Below are positions 1-11,919 of a stretch of 64,000 nucleotides of DNA, one piece after another; position 1 is the stretch's first letter; each line of letters begins with the position of its first letter. The notes under the pieces were generated by a model. The model saw only the letters and a program-made list of their open reading frames with translations. It did no database searches and was not told the origin of the DNA. Origin of the DNA: Stegostoma tigrinum (lineage: Eukaryota); the NCBI RefSeq assembly GCF_030684315.1, contig NC_081393.1, positions 10,489,565 to 10,553,564 on the forward strand. Reading direction: 5' to 3'. The translations under genes were made by a program, and so were the position numbers.

Positions 1-193
1 CAGATCAGAAGGAGGCCATTTGGCCCTTTGATGCTACTCCAACTGTCTGAGTGACCAATTCACTGAGGACCATTCTCCCATCCTTCCCCTCTGACCTTAC
101 ACATTAATCCTTCAAAGACAACAGTGTGATTCTCTTTTGATACTTCAACTGAACTAGCCTCCATCAGACCCTCAAGCATTCCAGGCCTAAATA

Positions 194-385
194 ATAAAAG
201 CAAAGTCCTGTGGATGCTGGAAATCTGAAATATCAGCAGAAATTGCTGGAGACATTGAGCAGGTCTGGCAGCATCTGTGAAGAAAGAAACAGTTAATGTT
301 CCAAGCCAATGTGACTCTTCATCAGAACTCAGTTCAGACTCAAACCTGCTGCATTTCTCCAGCGTTTTCTGTTTTTATCTCAGAT
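194..385. mobile_element. Short Penelope-end-derived non-autonomous repeat with partly inverted arms
   Basis: gatgctggaaatctgaaa...ttgctggagacattgagcaggtctggcagcatctgtg..., followed by a partial inverted copy (cctgctgcatttctccagcgttttctgtttttatctcagat). Related copies at ~9310-9405, 16575-16705, 41720-41850, 59785-59870, 62005-62090. Confidence 0.6.
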
Positions 386-1742
386 CTAATGACTTGCAGT
401 GTGGAAAAGTTTGTCCTCATGTTGTTTTCACTTTTTTTTTACCAATAACATTCTCCTTTCTTTCATCCTTTCACAAGCAGGAACAGTTTTTCCTTATTTA
501 CTGTGTTCAGATACTCATGATTTGAACCCCTCAATCAAACCTCCAATTGGCTTCTTTCCTCCTCAATCTAACTCACATTTTTGGAAAGATAGAAATGCAT
601 TTGTCATCTGCTGGCAATGCTTCAGTCACGTCTTTCTCAACCTCTCTTTCACTCACAACTTTACTTGTACAACAGCACCCAAAGATCCTTTAAAGTTCCC
701 CCTGTTGTTTCCTCTTTCCCCAACTACAGCATCCAATAAGCTATTTGTCCTCCCTGTCATGATAGAAGCAAATTTGCAAAAGGCAATTGAAAAAATTGTG
801 GTAAGGAAAGGGCATGGCTCTAATTGGATCACCTTTTTGAATTGTCATTGCAGATACAGTGGGATATTTTTGAAAATGGTGTTTGCCATGTTCACTGAGA
901 AAACTCACCTGAGTGTCTCACCTTATCAGTCCCTTGACATTGGTGACTAGAGTTGCCAGAAACTACTGGTTATTCAGAGGCCTCCTTGGTTATAACATCG
1001 ACCTGTTGTGATCCACTGCTTTGGGATCCAGTGGCAAGAAAACAAATCATTTCTTTCCTCTTATCTTGAGGTGAGGATTGTGCAGAGAAGTGTTGTGGCA
1101 ACAGCAATAGTTCGACTTTCAGAGGCCACATTCTTACCTCCATCTATGCCTCCAATTGGCCACATACTGCAGCAATTGAAGCCACAACCTCTGACAGAGC
1201 AGATACATTGCCATTGTTTCCCTTTTGGGAAATTGGCCACTTTTCTCAACAGCCAGATAGGCTGGTGATGAGGGGGGAGATAGGTTGAGGCTTTGACCAT
1301 TTGAGCACTTTAATTGCTGGTGAGTTGAGAAAGTTCCCAATGGATCTTCTTGCCCAGAACATAATTGCTGAGACAGTAAGAAGCTGATGAGTTTCTCTCC
1401 AGAGCCTACTCACCCCATTAGTTCACTCCTTGCCACCTCCTGCGAGGGGAAAATTCTGTCCCAGAAGCTAATAGCGGACATTAATGGTGTGTTATTCTAC
1501 AATTCAATTGTCGCTACACTGTGTTGAAATCAAGATTCATTATATAGTCTGCTGCTCAAATATACTCTTTCTCCCAGACCTCAAAATGCATTGCATCCCT
1601 AACCTTTTTACCCCTTTCCATAATCTCTCAACTTTTTAGACTCCAGTTGAGTAACATCCTATTATTATCCTCTATTCCTCAGTGTTCTTCTTTATGTTAG
1701 CTTGCCCTTTGCCAGGGATTACTGAATACCCATAAGAAATAC

Positions 1743-1826
1743 CTGCTACTGAAGAACACGACGAGCCAATTCCTTGTAGAGCTCGGGCAACAAATAACCA
1801 GAAGTAGGTGTTCGAGAAAGCATACA
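1743..1826 (-). CDS. SLC18A1: SLC18A1 (VMAT1) coding exon 4 (84 nt): (M)YAFSNTYFWLFVARALQGIGSSCSSVA(G); gene continues beyond the window start
   Basis: Minus-strand acceptor ttgttggcag and donor gtattt. VMAT TM4 motif ARxLQGIGSS. Phase is consistent with the upstream exon. Confidence 0.95.
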
Positions 1827-2269
1827 CTGCCAACAAGAGGAGAGCAAGGTTAAATGAAGCCAATGAAAAGACCAAGAATTTGATTGGGCATTCCAAAGTG
1901 AAACTGTGTTCTTCCACAGAAAAGAAGGATTCAGTTTGTCAATTCAGTGTGAAGAACCACATATTTTGGAAGTAAAATGAATGCAGCATTATTTTGTTAT
2001 CCTAACTTTCTACTCTCCTCTCTTCTTTTTGTTCATTGAATTATTTTTAATTTGAAGCATGAATGGAATAGCTGTCATACTAGAGAATATGCTCAATTTC
2101 TCCTATTTGTTTCATTTATTAGCCAGTTTATAACATTCAACTTCATCTCAAAATCTTATAACATTTCACAGAAGACTCACAAAATGAATGACACCAGATG
2201 GATCACTTGGAATAGACTAAGGCACCATAGGTGACAACAACAAACTCAGCCCTTTTGCTCTGCCCTACT

Positions 2270-3520
2270 GACATCCGTGGGTTAGCACCAAACTTGGGAG
2301 AGCTGTCTCACTGACTATTCAAGCTGCAGCCTGATACAGTCACACTCTGGAATGATACCTTACTGATGTCCCAGACAATACCATCACCATCCTTGAGTAT
2401 GTCCTTTCCCACTGGAAAGACAGATACAGCATTGGTGGTGACACAATGATTCACAGTCAGAAGGGAGTTGCCCCAGAATCCTCAACGATGATTCCAGACC
2501 CTAATATGTTACATGACATCAGGTCAAAGATGGGCAAGGAAGCCTCCTGCTTATTATCTCATGTTTTCTATTCTCCCCCACCCACCCATGACTGTTGGAG
2601 ATTAGTCATCCCAGCTCCAGGACGTCTGTGCAAGAATTCCTCAGGGAAATGTCCCAGCTCAACCATGAACTCCTTACTAATAAAATATCAGAAGTGAGGA
2701 TGTTTGCTGATGACTATATAATGTTAAGCATCATTTGCAACTCCTCAGATACTGAAGCAGTCTGTGTCCAAATGCAGCAAAATTGCTCAATATCCAGGTT
2801 TGGGTTGTCAAGTAATCTTCCCCAACAAGAGACACCTTAACCTTTACCCCTTGTCATTCAGTAGCATAACCATTGCTGAATTCACTACTATTAACAGGCT
2901 GGGGCGATGGTTAGCCAGAAATGGAACTGGGCCAACTACGTAAAGAGAATGGATAGAAGGGCAGGTCAGAGGTTGGGAATCCTGCAGCAAATAACTCAAC
3001 CACTTTATTCTCCAACGCTCTTCTACCTTCCTCAAGACACAAGTCAGGATTGTGATGGAACATGCCCATTTGATTAAATGAGTGCAGCACTGACAACAAT
3101 CAAGAAGCTCAACACCATCCAGGACAAAGCAGCCCAGTTGACTTGCGCCACATCCACAAGTATCCACTCACTTCTCCCTCACTGATGTACAGTGGCAGTA
3201 TTGAGTACCATTTACAAGATGCACTGCATAAATTCACCAAGGCTTTTCCAATAGCACCATCCAAACTCATTACCACAACCAGCTTGCAGGACAAGGGAGC
3301 ATCAGAGACACGAGAATATCACCACCTGCAAGTTCCTCTTCAAGCTACTCACCATCCAGAGCTCAAAATATTTTGGCATTCCTTCAGTGTCACAAGGTCA
3401 TAATCCTGGAACTCCCTCCCCAACAGCATATTGGATCCACCTATAGCAAACAGACTGCAAGCAGTGCAAGAAGCTTATCGCCTAGGCCAGCCAGCAATGT
3501 CCACATCCCACAAACAGATT
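2270..3520 (+). mobile_element. Degenerate, internally deleted CR1-group LINE (endonuclease, RT and 3' tail remnants)
   Basis: ORF 2595-2840 contains EVRMFADD. The 3' tail (ggccagccagcaatgtccacatccca) matches the LINE at 45990-48650. Confidence 0.8.
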
Positions 3521-3661
3521 TCACAAATACTTGTTTACAAACCTCTTATAACCTCCCTTTTCAAGAGCTGAAAATGAGTTATAAAGTATGTCCCACTATT
3601 ATATTGCAGTGTCCTTGGCATTATTTCCAAATTAATATTGTGAAATTCAATCTGTACTCAC

Positions 3662-3720
3662 TTATTGTTGACACAAACAATATCACAAAACCAGTGAACA
3701 TTGGAAGATGATATCCAATC
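3662..3720 (-). CDS. SLC18A1: SLC18A1 coding exon 3 (59 nt): (R)IGYHLPMFTGFVILFVSTI
   Basis: Acceptor ctttctttctttcag and donor gtgagt. Not in the ORF track; read manually. IGYH-x-PMF is VMAT1-like (VMAT2 has IGYP). Confidence 0.95.
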
Positions 3721-4945
3721 CTGAAAGAAAGAAAGTACACTTGATACAAAGAATGAGAAAAGATGTGTGACCCAGGGGCATTGTTGCTTTAACTAAATAT
3801 CCTCATCCTCCTTACAAGGAAAATGTTTCAATATTGTAAGTTGTATTCTTTAATACGAAGGCAAAGATATTTCAACATCTCTAAATGGAGGCCTTTTAGT
3901 TTCAGATCTTGGAAAGAAGGTTGTTTCATATGATTCAAACTCTAAAGATGAAATTGTATGACTGTTCTCAGTTGTAAAGGAAAATAAAGTGATTTAACTT
4001 CCAAATGTGTGCTTTTCAGCTCACCTATTCCTCTGGCTTGCAGCACAATTAAGGAGTTTTACGCTGTCGTTACTGTTTGAGAGAGGAGCTGAAGCACTTA
4101 GAACCTAGCTTGCTCTTTAGTCTAGAATTAGAGGTAGAGGTCTCGAAACCAGCAACCTCAGGACTGAGGTCACGCCTGATTTCAGATACTGCTTGTTTGG
4201 GGTTGAGCGGTTCAAAGCCATGCCTAGTTGGGTGGGGTCATGGGTCGTACATGATAGATCAGCACGTGAAGCCATTAACTCATCTGGAGCCACACCATGT
4301 TGATGCAGCACCTAGCTGAGTTGTTTAGTGTAGTTTTTACTTCAAAAGTTATGCAATTAAATTTGATGCATGCAGCATTAAAAAAGCATGTGATTTTCGG
4401 AAAATTCTCTTATTTGGAAAGCCAGGTTTGAGACACAAGCTGCAGCCAAGAGAAAGGAGTAACATAAAGTGCAGCCTTGGACAAAGAGCTCAGAACTCCC
4501 CTGCTGAAGCTCTATTCACAATTCAGACAGCATAGGTACAACAGATCCATTATAAATTCTCTGTTGTAACAATGGCAGAAAATGTGGAAAGGAAGTTGTT
4601 GAATCCCTGGGAGACATCTCAACTTTAGAAACCATGACCTCAGTTGAAGGGCCAACAAGAGGTCCAGTTCAACCTTCAGCACTGTCTGTCTTATTTTATT
4701 TGATGAGAGACAAGGTTCAGCCACAGATACTCTGTTACTTCCGGTCATGACTGGTGATGTGCTGTGTCGGAACCCGAAAGCTGAAGGCCAAGCTTGATGC
4801 CTTAATGTGTTGTACCAGACATGGTATAACATATTAAGGCACCATGCAGAGTATGGTACACTTTTGGTCCTTGCAGCTTGGTACCTCGTGTGTTTGAATT
4901 TACCCAGATTCAATTGCTTCCTGGTGCAAAAGCTTGCTCACTTAC

Positions 4946-5300
4946 CTGTTGGTCAGTGGTCCAATTAATGGATTCACAAGGAGCTGCACAATTGCTTTTG
5001 AAGCTAATAACAAGCCAACACGAACATTTTCCTCTGTCAAAAATGATTTGTTCCTGCCACAGTGGGCTCTTCCAGTGCCTGGCCTCAGGCTTGGGATGGC
5101 ACCTTCAGTTGTGTTTCTCCATTTAATTTCTTCAGTCTCATTGTCAGCTCCTGCAGTGGTCTTGGTTCTAAATTGGCCACCACTGGAATACAAGAGGTGA
5201 GGGGAGAGAGTGGAGGGCAGAGCTGGAGGCTGCCTTGATGATGCTGACCCATTCATTTCTGAGTTCTGTATTTCATACAAGAAACTGGGGATGATGGGGA
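4946..5300 (-). CDS. SLC18A1: SLC18A1 coding exon 2 (355 nt): end of TM1, glycosylated luminal loop, TM2
   Basis: VPIIPSFLY...EENVRVGLLLASKAIVQLLVNPLIGPLTNR. Acceptor tgtgtttcag, donor gtaagt. N-x-S/T sequons NGS, NET, NTT, NKS and a loop Cys. Confidence 0.96.
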
Positions 5301-5956
5301 CTGAAACACAAAGAATGATCAATTAATACTGAGTGAAGATTATAATTCTCTCAGCTGAGATATAGCCTCCCTGTTTAATCCCCTGTTTTGTGGCCACTAA
5401 ATAGTCAAGCAATAGCCTCTGTGATAATGGTTCAGCTCTCTGAAATCTCCCGGTGCAAAGAGCAATGGCTGTTTGTAACAACATAGAGATCATGTTTGGA
5501 GATACGACTGGAGAAATCTAACTGCACATTTTTACACATTCAGAGTTACAGTGTGGGAAGCAGCACGATAACATAAAATGTCCAGTTGATCATATGTCCT
5601 GCCAGCCAAAAACTGTGAATTGCAAACTCAATTTCCCACATTGTTTCTTCTGGAAGCTGACACGCAAGTTGATCAAATAGATACTGAGACAAAGCAAAGG
5701 AACATTGTTTCTAAAAACTGGAAAATAACTCCATTTGGACGTTCCCATAGTGGGTCAGGACAGACACTGTGTAAGGTCTGAGATCATATTGCCCAGCTGG
5801 CCTCTTGGCTGCAAGTGTGGCAAACATGAACAGAGGAGGAGGATGGATATCGCTTACTGTTCACAATGGTGTTAGGAGTTGGGTAGAGTTTGTGAGAAAC
5901 TCAACAGAACAGTCTGTGAGATACCTATCAGTGGGTGACAAACTCAGCATATAATG

Positions 5957-6830
5957 CCATAAGACACAGGAGCAGAATTAGGCCATTCAGCTCATTGAAT
6001 CAACTCTGCCATTTGATCATGGCTCATATGTTTCACAACACTATTCTCATGGCTTCTCATTCATAACCTTTGATCCCCTTACTCATCAAAAGCCTATCTA
6101 TCTTTATCTTAAATACACTCCATCACTTGACTTCCACAGCCCTCTGCAGCAATAAGTTCCACAGATTCACCATGATCTAGCTGAAGAAATCCTCCTCATC
6201 TCAGATCTAAAGGGTTGTCACTTTGAAGCTGTGCCCTCGGGTCCTCATCTCTCCTTCATGTTGAAACATTTTCTCCATGTCCACTCTATCCAGGCCTCTC
6301 AGTATTATGTAAGCTTTAATCAGATTCCCCCCTCATCCTTCTCAACTTCATCAAATACAAACTGACAGTCCTCAATCACTCCTCATATGATAATCCTTTT
6401 GTCCCCGGAATCATTTTTGTAAACCTGCTCCGGACACCTTCTAATGCCAACACATTCTTTTCGAGATACGGGCCCAAAACCCCTCACACTGTACCAAGTA
6501 CGGTCTGGCCAGAGCCTTATACAATCTCAGCAGTATCTCTCTCCTCTTGTAGTCGCGCCCTCTTGAAATGAATGCTCATGTTGCATTTGCCTTTCTGACT
6601 GACAACTGAACCTTAATGTTAAGAGAATCCTGACATAGGAAGTTCCTTTGAGCTTTAGATTTCCAAAGCCTTTTCCCATTTAGAAAATAGTTCATGCCTC
6701 TATTCTTCTGACCAAAGTGCATAATCTCACACTTCCCCATATTGTATTCCATCTGCCACTTCTTTCTCCACTCTTGTAGCCTGTCCAAGTTCTGGATGTG
6801 TCCTCAACACTACCTGCCCCTCCATCCACT
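5957..6830 (-). mobile_element. CR1-type LINE 3' fragment
   Basis: Minus ORF DRLQEWRKKWQMEYNMGKCEIMHFG is typical of the CR1 RT C-terminal region; CR1-like 3' end near 5957. Confidence 0.85.
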
Positions 6831-7071
6831 TGGAAATTTAGCATTAATGCCCTCAGTTCCTTTGTTCATATTGTGAATGGAAATTTTGAATTGTCCAACA
6901 GTGTTAGAAACATAATCCATCAATGGGTGAGAAATCTGACCCTCAGTGCATGGGAAACTCAGGCCTTTGACTCTCTTCCAGCCTCTGGCCTTTTGTATTG
7001 TTCTCCTCTTCTGTTGACCAGAATGATATTTTTAAACAGTTCTCCACAAATAATATTAGACTTGAACTTAC

Positions 7072-7198
7072 CAATGACAGTTAGCAGGGTGTAGTCCAGA
7101 AAAAGTGCAATATAAACAATAACTAGCACCATTGTCCTGGACTGCCTTGCCTTTCTCAGCCATTGCCACCCTTTGCATTCCTTTCCCCATGTCACCAT
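7072..7198 (-). CDS. SLC18A1: SLC18A1 first coding exon (127 coding nt; exon acceptor at 7225, so an upstream 5'UTR exon is implied)
   Basis: MVTWGKECKGWQWLRKARQSRTMVLVIVYIALFLDYTLLTVI-G|gtaagt resembles the VMAT N-terminus and TM1. Upstream acceptor gttgtttcag. Location next to ATP6V1B2 supports SLC18A1 rather than SLC18A2. Confidence 0.92.
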
Positions 7199-9479
7199 TT
7201 TGATCCCTGGAGAGCTGTTGTTGACCTGAAACAACCCGGTACAGAGATTGTTAGAGGCATGTGACCCCAGCCATAGTTCCTAACTCACAGAATGAATTAC
7301 CGCACAATAATGGTGTGCATTGAGACAAATCTAACCACAACTTTTCATTCTGAGCTGAGATTGTCACATCCCCACACTTAACAGAAATCTATGCACAGAG
7401 TTAAGTGATGGCTGGGATTCAGGTTAGACAATCCATCAATAATCCTCAAAATGTTTTGTTTTGTTCTGCATCAGCAGTATCAAGATCAATCGCTTCTTGT
7501 TGTGTAATTTCCATTTCCGTTTTTCAGGAACAGTCGATGTTGACGGGAGCTGGTATGGTGAGTAGAGCCACCATTCATGTAGTTAATGTGTTATGACTCA
7601 AGCAAGAGCGGAACAGTTGAGCCAGACAAAAACTGCAGTGTTACCGAAATAATACGGAGCTGAAAGTTCCATTCAACCACTGCTTGCTGCATGCAAAGGC
7701 AAGTGACTCATAATCTATGTGAGCTACGAGCTCAGGAAACCTGCCTGAATTGACTCTTACTGGCCAATTCTCAGACCTCTCCACCTTTAACGTTCTTCAC
7801 TTTGCAAACCTCAGTTGGAAGCTGAGATCACCTCATATGGATAGGTCAATCTAATTCATCTGATATCCTGTTTGATGGCTTCACACCCCTCATACATATT
7901 GTGAAACTTCAAATTTAGACTGATGAATAATTGGGTAAATTGGAAGAAAGTGGAAGTTAGGTCAATTCCAGACAAATTGAAAACTAAAATATTCCAGAAC
8001 ACAAAGGATAGACTTGAAAAATAAGAGTTTTAACATCATGGTAACTTGTTGTCTGTTTCTAAGAATGAACTCATTAAATCTCAAAGCACACATCCTACCT
8101 GCACCAGCTGTTTGGGGGATATATCCAATTGAAATTGAGACATATTCTTTAAAGTACTGTGAATATTTCACTTAACTATGTTTAGCAACTTCAGTCTTCA
8201 AAGTTAGTTCTGAATTGGCTTTCATCATTCTTTCAAACAGTGTATTCCAGATTAGATAAAACTATCAATAGTTTCTTCCTTTTTCCCATGGTTGTTTTGA
8301 AAATTATGTGAAATCCATCTCATCTAGTCACTGGCTATGAAAACAGTTTTGATCTATCTCATCTCATTCATCATTTGAACAGGTCTATTAACTATGCCAT
8401 TACACTTCCTGATAGCGAGCAGGCTAAATCTAAAACTGACTTTACAATCGTCACCATCTCTATATTTGTAAAACACTTTAATTTTATTTCAGGATTCACA
8501 TCATTTAGCAATCTTGCACTTACCTCTTCCACAATGTCTTGAGTGCCTTGAATTAGTAAAGTGTTGTCGCTCTAGTGTGGTCTGCAGAGTTTCAATTCAG
8601 ACAGTTATAAAGAGGAATGATTTTGTGAGTAGAACATGACAAAGGATCCCAAAAAATATGTGGTCTATAAAGCTGTGGTTCCCTGCGTCAGTGCAGGAGG
8701 AAATGAATTAAGTATTTTCATTTGATTTGCAAAGAATAACAAGAGTTTAACATTACTGTGATTTGTTTGCTCAAGATAATCTCTGTTCAAACCAATGCAC
8801 CTTGTTTTCCCACATGTGGTTTGTGAAGGGATGAAGCATCTAGATGAGACAATTGTTGAAAGCTTAAAATTTATGATGACAAGTTTATGTTTTCCAGAAA
8901 ATAGCCATTGAAGAAAACAAAACAAGGAAAAACTGCATGTCACACAACAATTATGCCAGGGATGTTACAATTTTAGTTCATAATAAGAATTCAAACAGGG
9001 TCTGTCAAGGTGCAGACAAATTATTCCAGACCACATTTAAAATCAAGCAAAGGTATACTCTGGGAAAGCTAACAAAAGATGGAAATCATAATCACTTGCC
9101 GTTGATTATTGTTGGCAATAATCTGTGAATTATTAACTGTAGATTTGCCCAGTGTTCCATAATTGTTGTTTTGGCTATGTTTAAATGCAGAATCAACCTC
9201 ATATTCTCTTGTATAACCTAATGTCACTAAATATCCCCATGCAGGGATTTCAAGGTGAAGCCTCTGAGGTATATAAACCGAAGTATATGAACCCAGCTAC
9301 CATCAGTTATGACGAAGGGTTACTGGACTGAAATGTTAACATTGATTTTTTCTTCACAAATGCTGCCAGACCTGTTGAGCATTTCCAGCAACTTCTATTT
9401 TTGTTGCCTTGAAGGTATCAGCTGCTTTGACCATTTGCTAGAATTGTACTGATTCTCAGCGGTCATCCTCTCTCATTTA

Positions 9480-9768
9480 CGATGGCTCGCACGAGGGGAC
9501 ATAGCTTTAAATTGAGGGGTGATAGATATAGGACAGATGTCAGAGGTAGGTTCTTTACTCAGAGAGTAATAAGGGCGTGGAATGCCCTGCCTGCAACAGT
9601 AGTAGACTCGCCAACTTTAAGGTCATTTAAATGGTCATTGAATAAACATGTGGATATGAATAGAATAGTCTAGGTTAGGTGGGCTTCAGATTGGTTTCAT
9701 AGGTCGGTGCGACATCGAGGGCCGAAGGGCCTGTACTGTGCTGTTATGTTCTATGTTCTATGTTCTAT
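9480..9768 (+). mobile_element. CR1/HER1-type LINE 3' end with (TTCTATG)n tail
   Basis: ORF ARTRGHSFKLRGDRYRTDVRGRFFTQRV..., then gggccgaagggcctgtactg and a microsatellite tail. Confidence 0.9.
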
Positions 9769-10150
9769 TTTCCACATTTTTCCAGCCTGGTTTCCTTTGG
9801 GGCTGAGTTTCTTTTAGCTATGGGGCTCCCCTCCCTCTCCTTCTTTCCTCTTCCCCTTGACTGGCTGCAGCAGCATTTTGAGCCATTACCCTGATCAGGA
9901 AAAGCCAAAACATTCTCGAGCATATGTAGGTTAACCCAGCAAGGATAAAGGGAAAAAATTGCCAATGAGATCAAAGAAATGGTCTGCCTTCTAAAACTCA
10001 CGATCTCACTTTCTCCCTTAATCTCATGAAGATTTATAATTCCATTTATAATCCCATTGTTTCGTCTTTGGCCTTTTCTTCTCATCTGTCTTTTGTCTGA
10101 TACTCAACCAAACTAACTTTATACACATTTCAAGTCACATAATAGTGGTG

Positions 10151-10262
10151 CTGAAGAAGGTTGCAGACCTGAAACATCAGCCTTCCTGCTCCTCTGATGC
10201 TTCCTGGCCTGCTGTGTTCCTCCAGCTCCACAGCTTGTTATCCCAAATCTGCATGTTTGCTG
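10151..10262 (+). mobile_element. Penelope-end fragment carrying a hammerhead-like core
   Basis: CTGAAGA-AGGT-tgcag-ACCT-GAAAC-ATC followed by ccttcctgctcctctgatgct...ggcctgctgtgttc, the same end seen at 12770, 52760, 56932 and 61400. Confidence 0.7.
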
Positions 10263-11549
10263 TTGCCTTTTCCCTCCTTGTCAACACCATTGGCTTTGAT
10301 GTTCCTCCAGTTTCAGATCCAACTAACTTGTTTAACTGTTCATCCTCCCTGAACCCAAGGCATACAGCATTGTCATGCTAAACATAGTGATGTATACCTG
10401 CCCAGTGGAAGCCAAGGTGGTGGTAAATGTCAATGAAACCCCTCCTCCAATACCTTTAGCCCTCCCATGGTCCATAACTTGAAGACTTGGAGGTACAGCC
10501 CGGTTTGATAATGTTGTGGCCAGATAGCCCAAGGCTTGAGCAGGTAGGCCCAAAATCAGAAATGGTAACCTTTAAATAGTCAGGCCCTGGAGGACATATC
10601 AAGCATGAAGCATCTACCCAAGACAAAGGCAGGCAACAACAAGGCCAGCTTTGCCTGGAAAATGAGACTGATTTGTATGTTGGAGACTCACTTGTGCCCC
10701 AGGATCCTGCCATGAGAACAATGGAGTGGGGAACATGCCCTTTACACATCAGGGGATGGAGGCCAACTGCAACCCCAGCATCTTCCCATGAAGTGTTCAA
10801 AGCTCAAACAACATGAGCATACTCAGATTGTTATCAGTGTAGCTCCCTTCCCAACTTTCTGTGAATCCCTAAACTGGTTGAACTGGACTTGCAGGACTGA
10901 CCATGACCTACTGCCAGGGGTGCAGAGGTACAGACCCCTCAACCTGATCGCCCCACGTGATGAAGTGATTGTATTGAGCCACAGGACTGATATCAAATGC
11001 TGTCCTTGACTTACTGTGCTGATATCCCTCACTGAAGGCTGATTTTCCCTGACTACTCCCGTTAGATATGTTATGGCCAATTGGTTGAAGCACATGCAAT
11101 GTATTTGCTGCATACTCTGCAGGCACATGGTGTAGGTGGTAACACTGATGTATCATACCTTTGGCAAAGAGAGCAAACATGGTGCCCTGAGATGCAACGT
11201 CATCCAGTCCACTACATGGGTGTTCATGACAAATGGGAGGGTGCAGGTTGCAGAATGTGTGTTGTTGAAGACTTTGGTGACTGATGCCACAGATGAAGGC
11301 CGGGAGGATCAAGCAGTGACCTGGATCCACCAGGAACTTATTCTAATTTTACGTCAGGAATTGCCACTGTCAAGTTACTTTTGATTACCTGAGACAAAAG
11401 GATATTCATATCAGTGTGTAGTAGCGTGGAAAAACATGCAAATAGGTTTCATGCCACTCATTAGTAGTATTCCTGTCTCCAATCAAAACTTCATTACTGA
11501 ATCTGACATTCCTTTGCAAATTGAGAATCTCATTGCTTCTGATTTTGCC

Positions 11550-11915
11550 ATATTTTGGCCATTACTTCAAAGGGGATGGATTATGAAAATACGAAGATCT
11601 TGCTAAAACTATGCAAGGCACTAATTAGACCAGATTGGACAATGTAAACAGTTTTGGCCTTCTTATCTCAGGAAAGATGTACTGTCATTGGAGGAAGTTC
11701 AGGAAAGGGTCATTAGGCTGATTTCGAAGATGGAGGGATTTTCTTGTGTGGTGACATAGATCCAGTTTGACCTGTACTTGATGGTGTTCAGAAGAATGAG
11801 AGGCAACCTTTTGAAATGTATAATATTCTAAGGGCACTTGATAGGGTAGATGTGGAGAGGTTGTTTCTTCTTGTGGGAGAGTTTGGATCAGAGGGTATAA
11901 TCTCAAAATAAGGAA
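11550..11915 (+). mobile_element. CR1 LINE fragment
   Basis: Typical CR1 ORF2 3' sequence (cagttttggccttcttatctcaggaaagatgtactgtcattggagg...gggtagatgtggagaggttgtttc). Confidence 0.75.
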
Positions 11916-11919
11916 TCAT

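Noticed and set aside
399-950. 183-aa plus-strand ORF
   Set aside because: Lies antisense within an SLC18A1 intron, starts at GTG, has F/S/L-biased composition and no recognisable domain.
1743-7198. Assignment as SLC18A2 (VMAT2)
   Set aside because: Some motifs are VMAT2-like (QWL, SSCSSVAG), but IGYH and the divergent adjacency to ATP6V1B2 favour SLC18A1. A phylogeny would be decisive.
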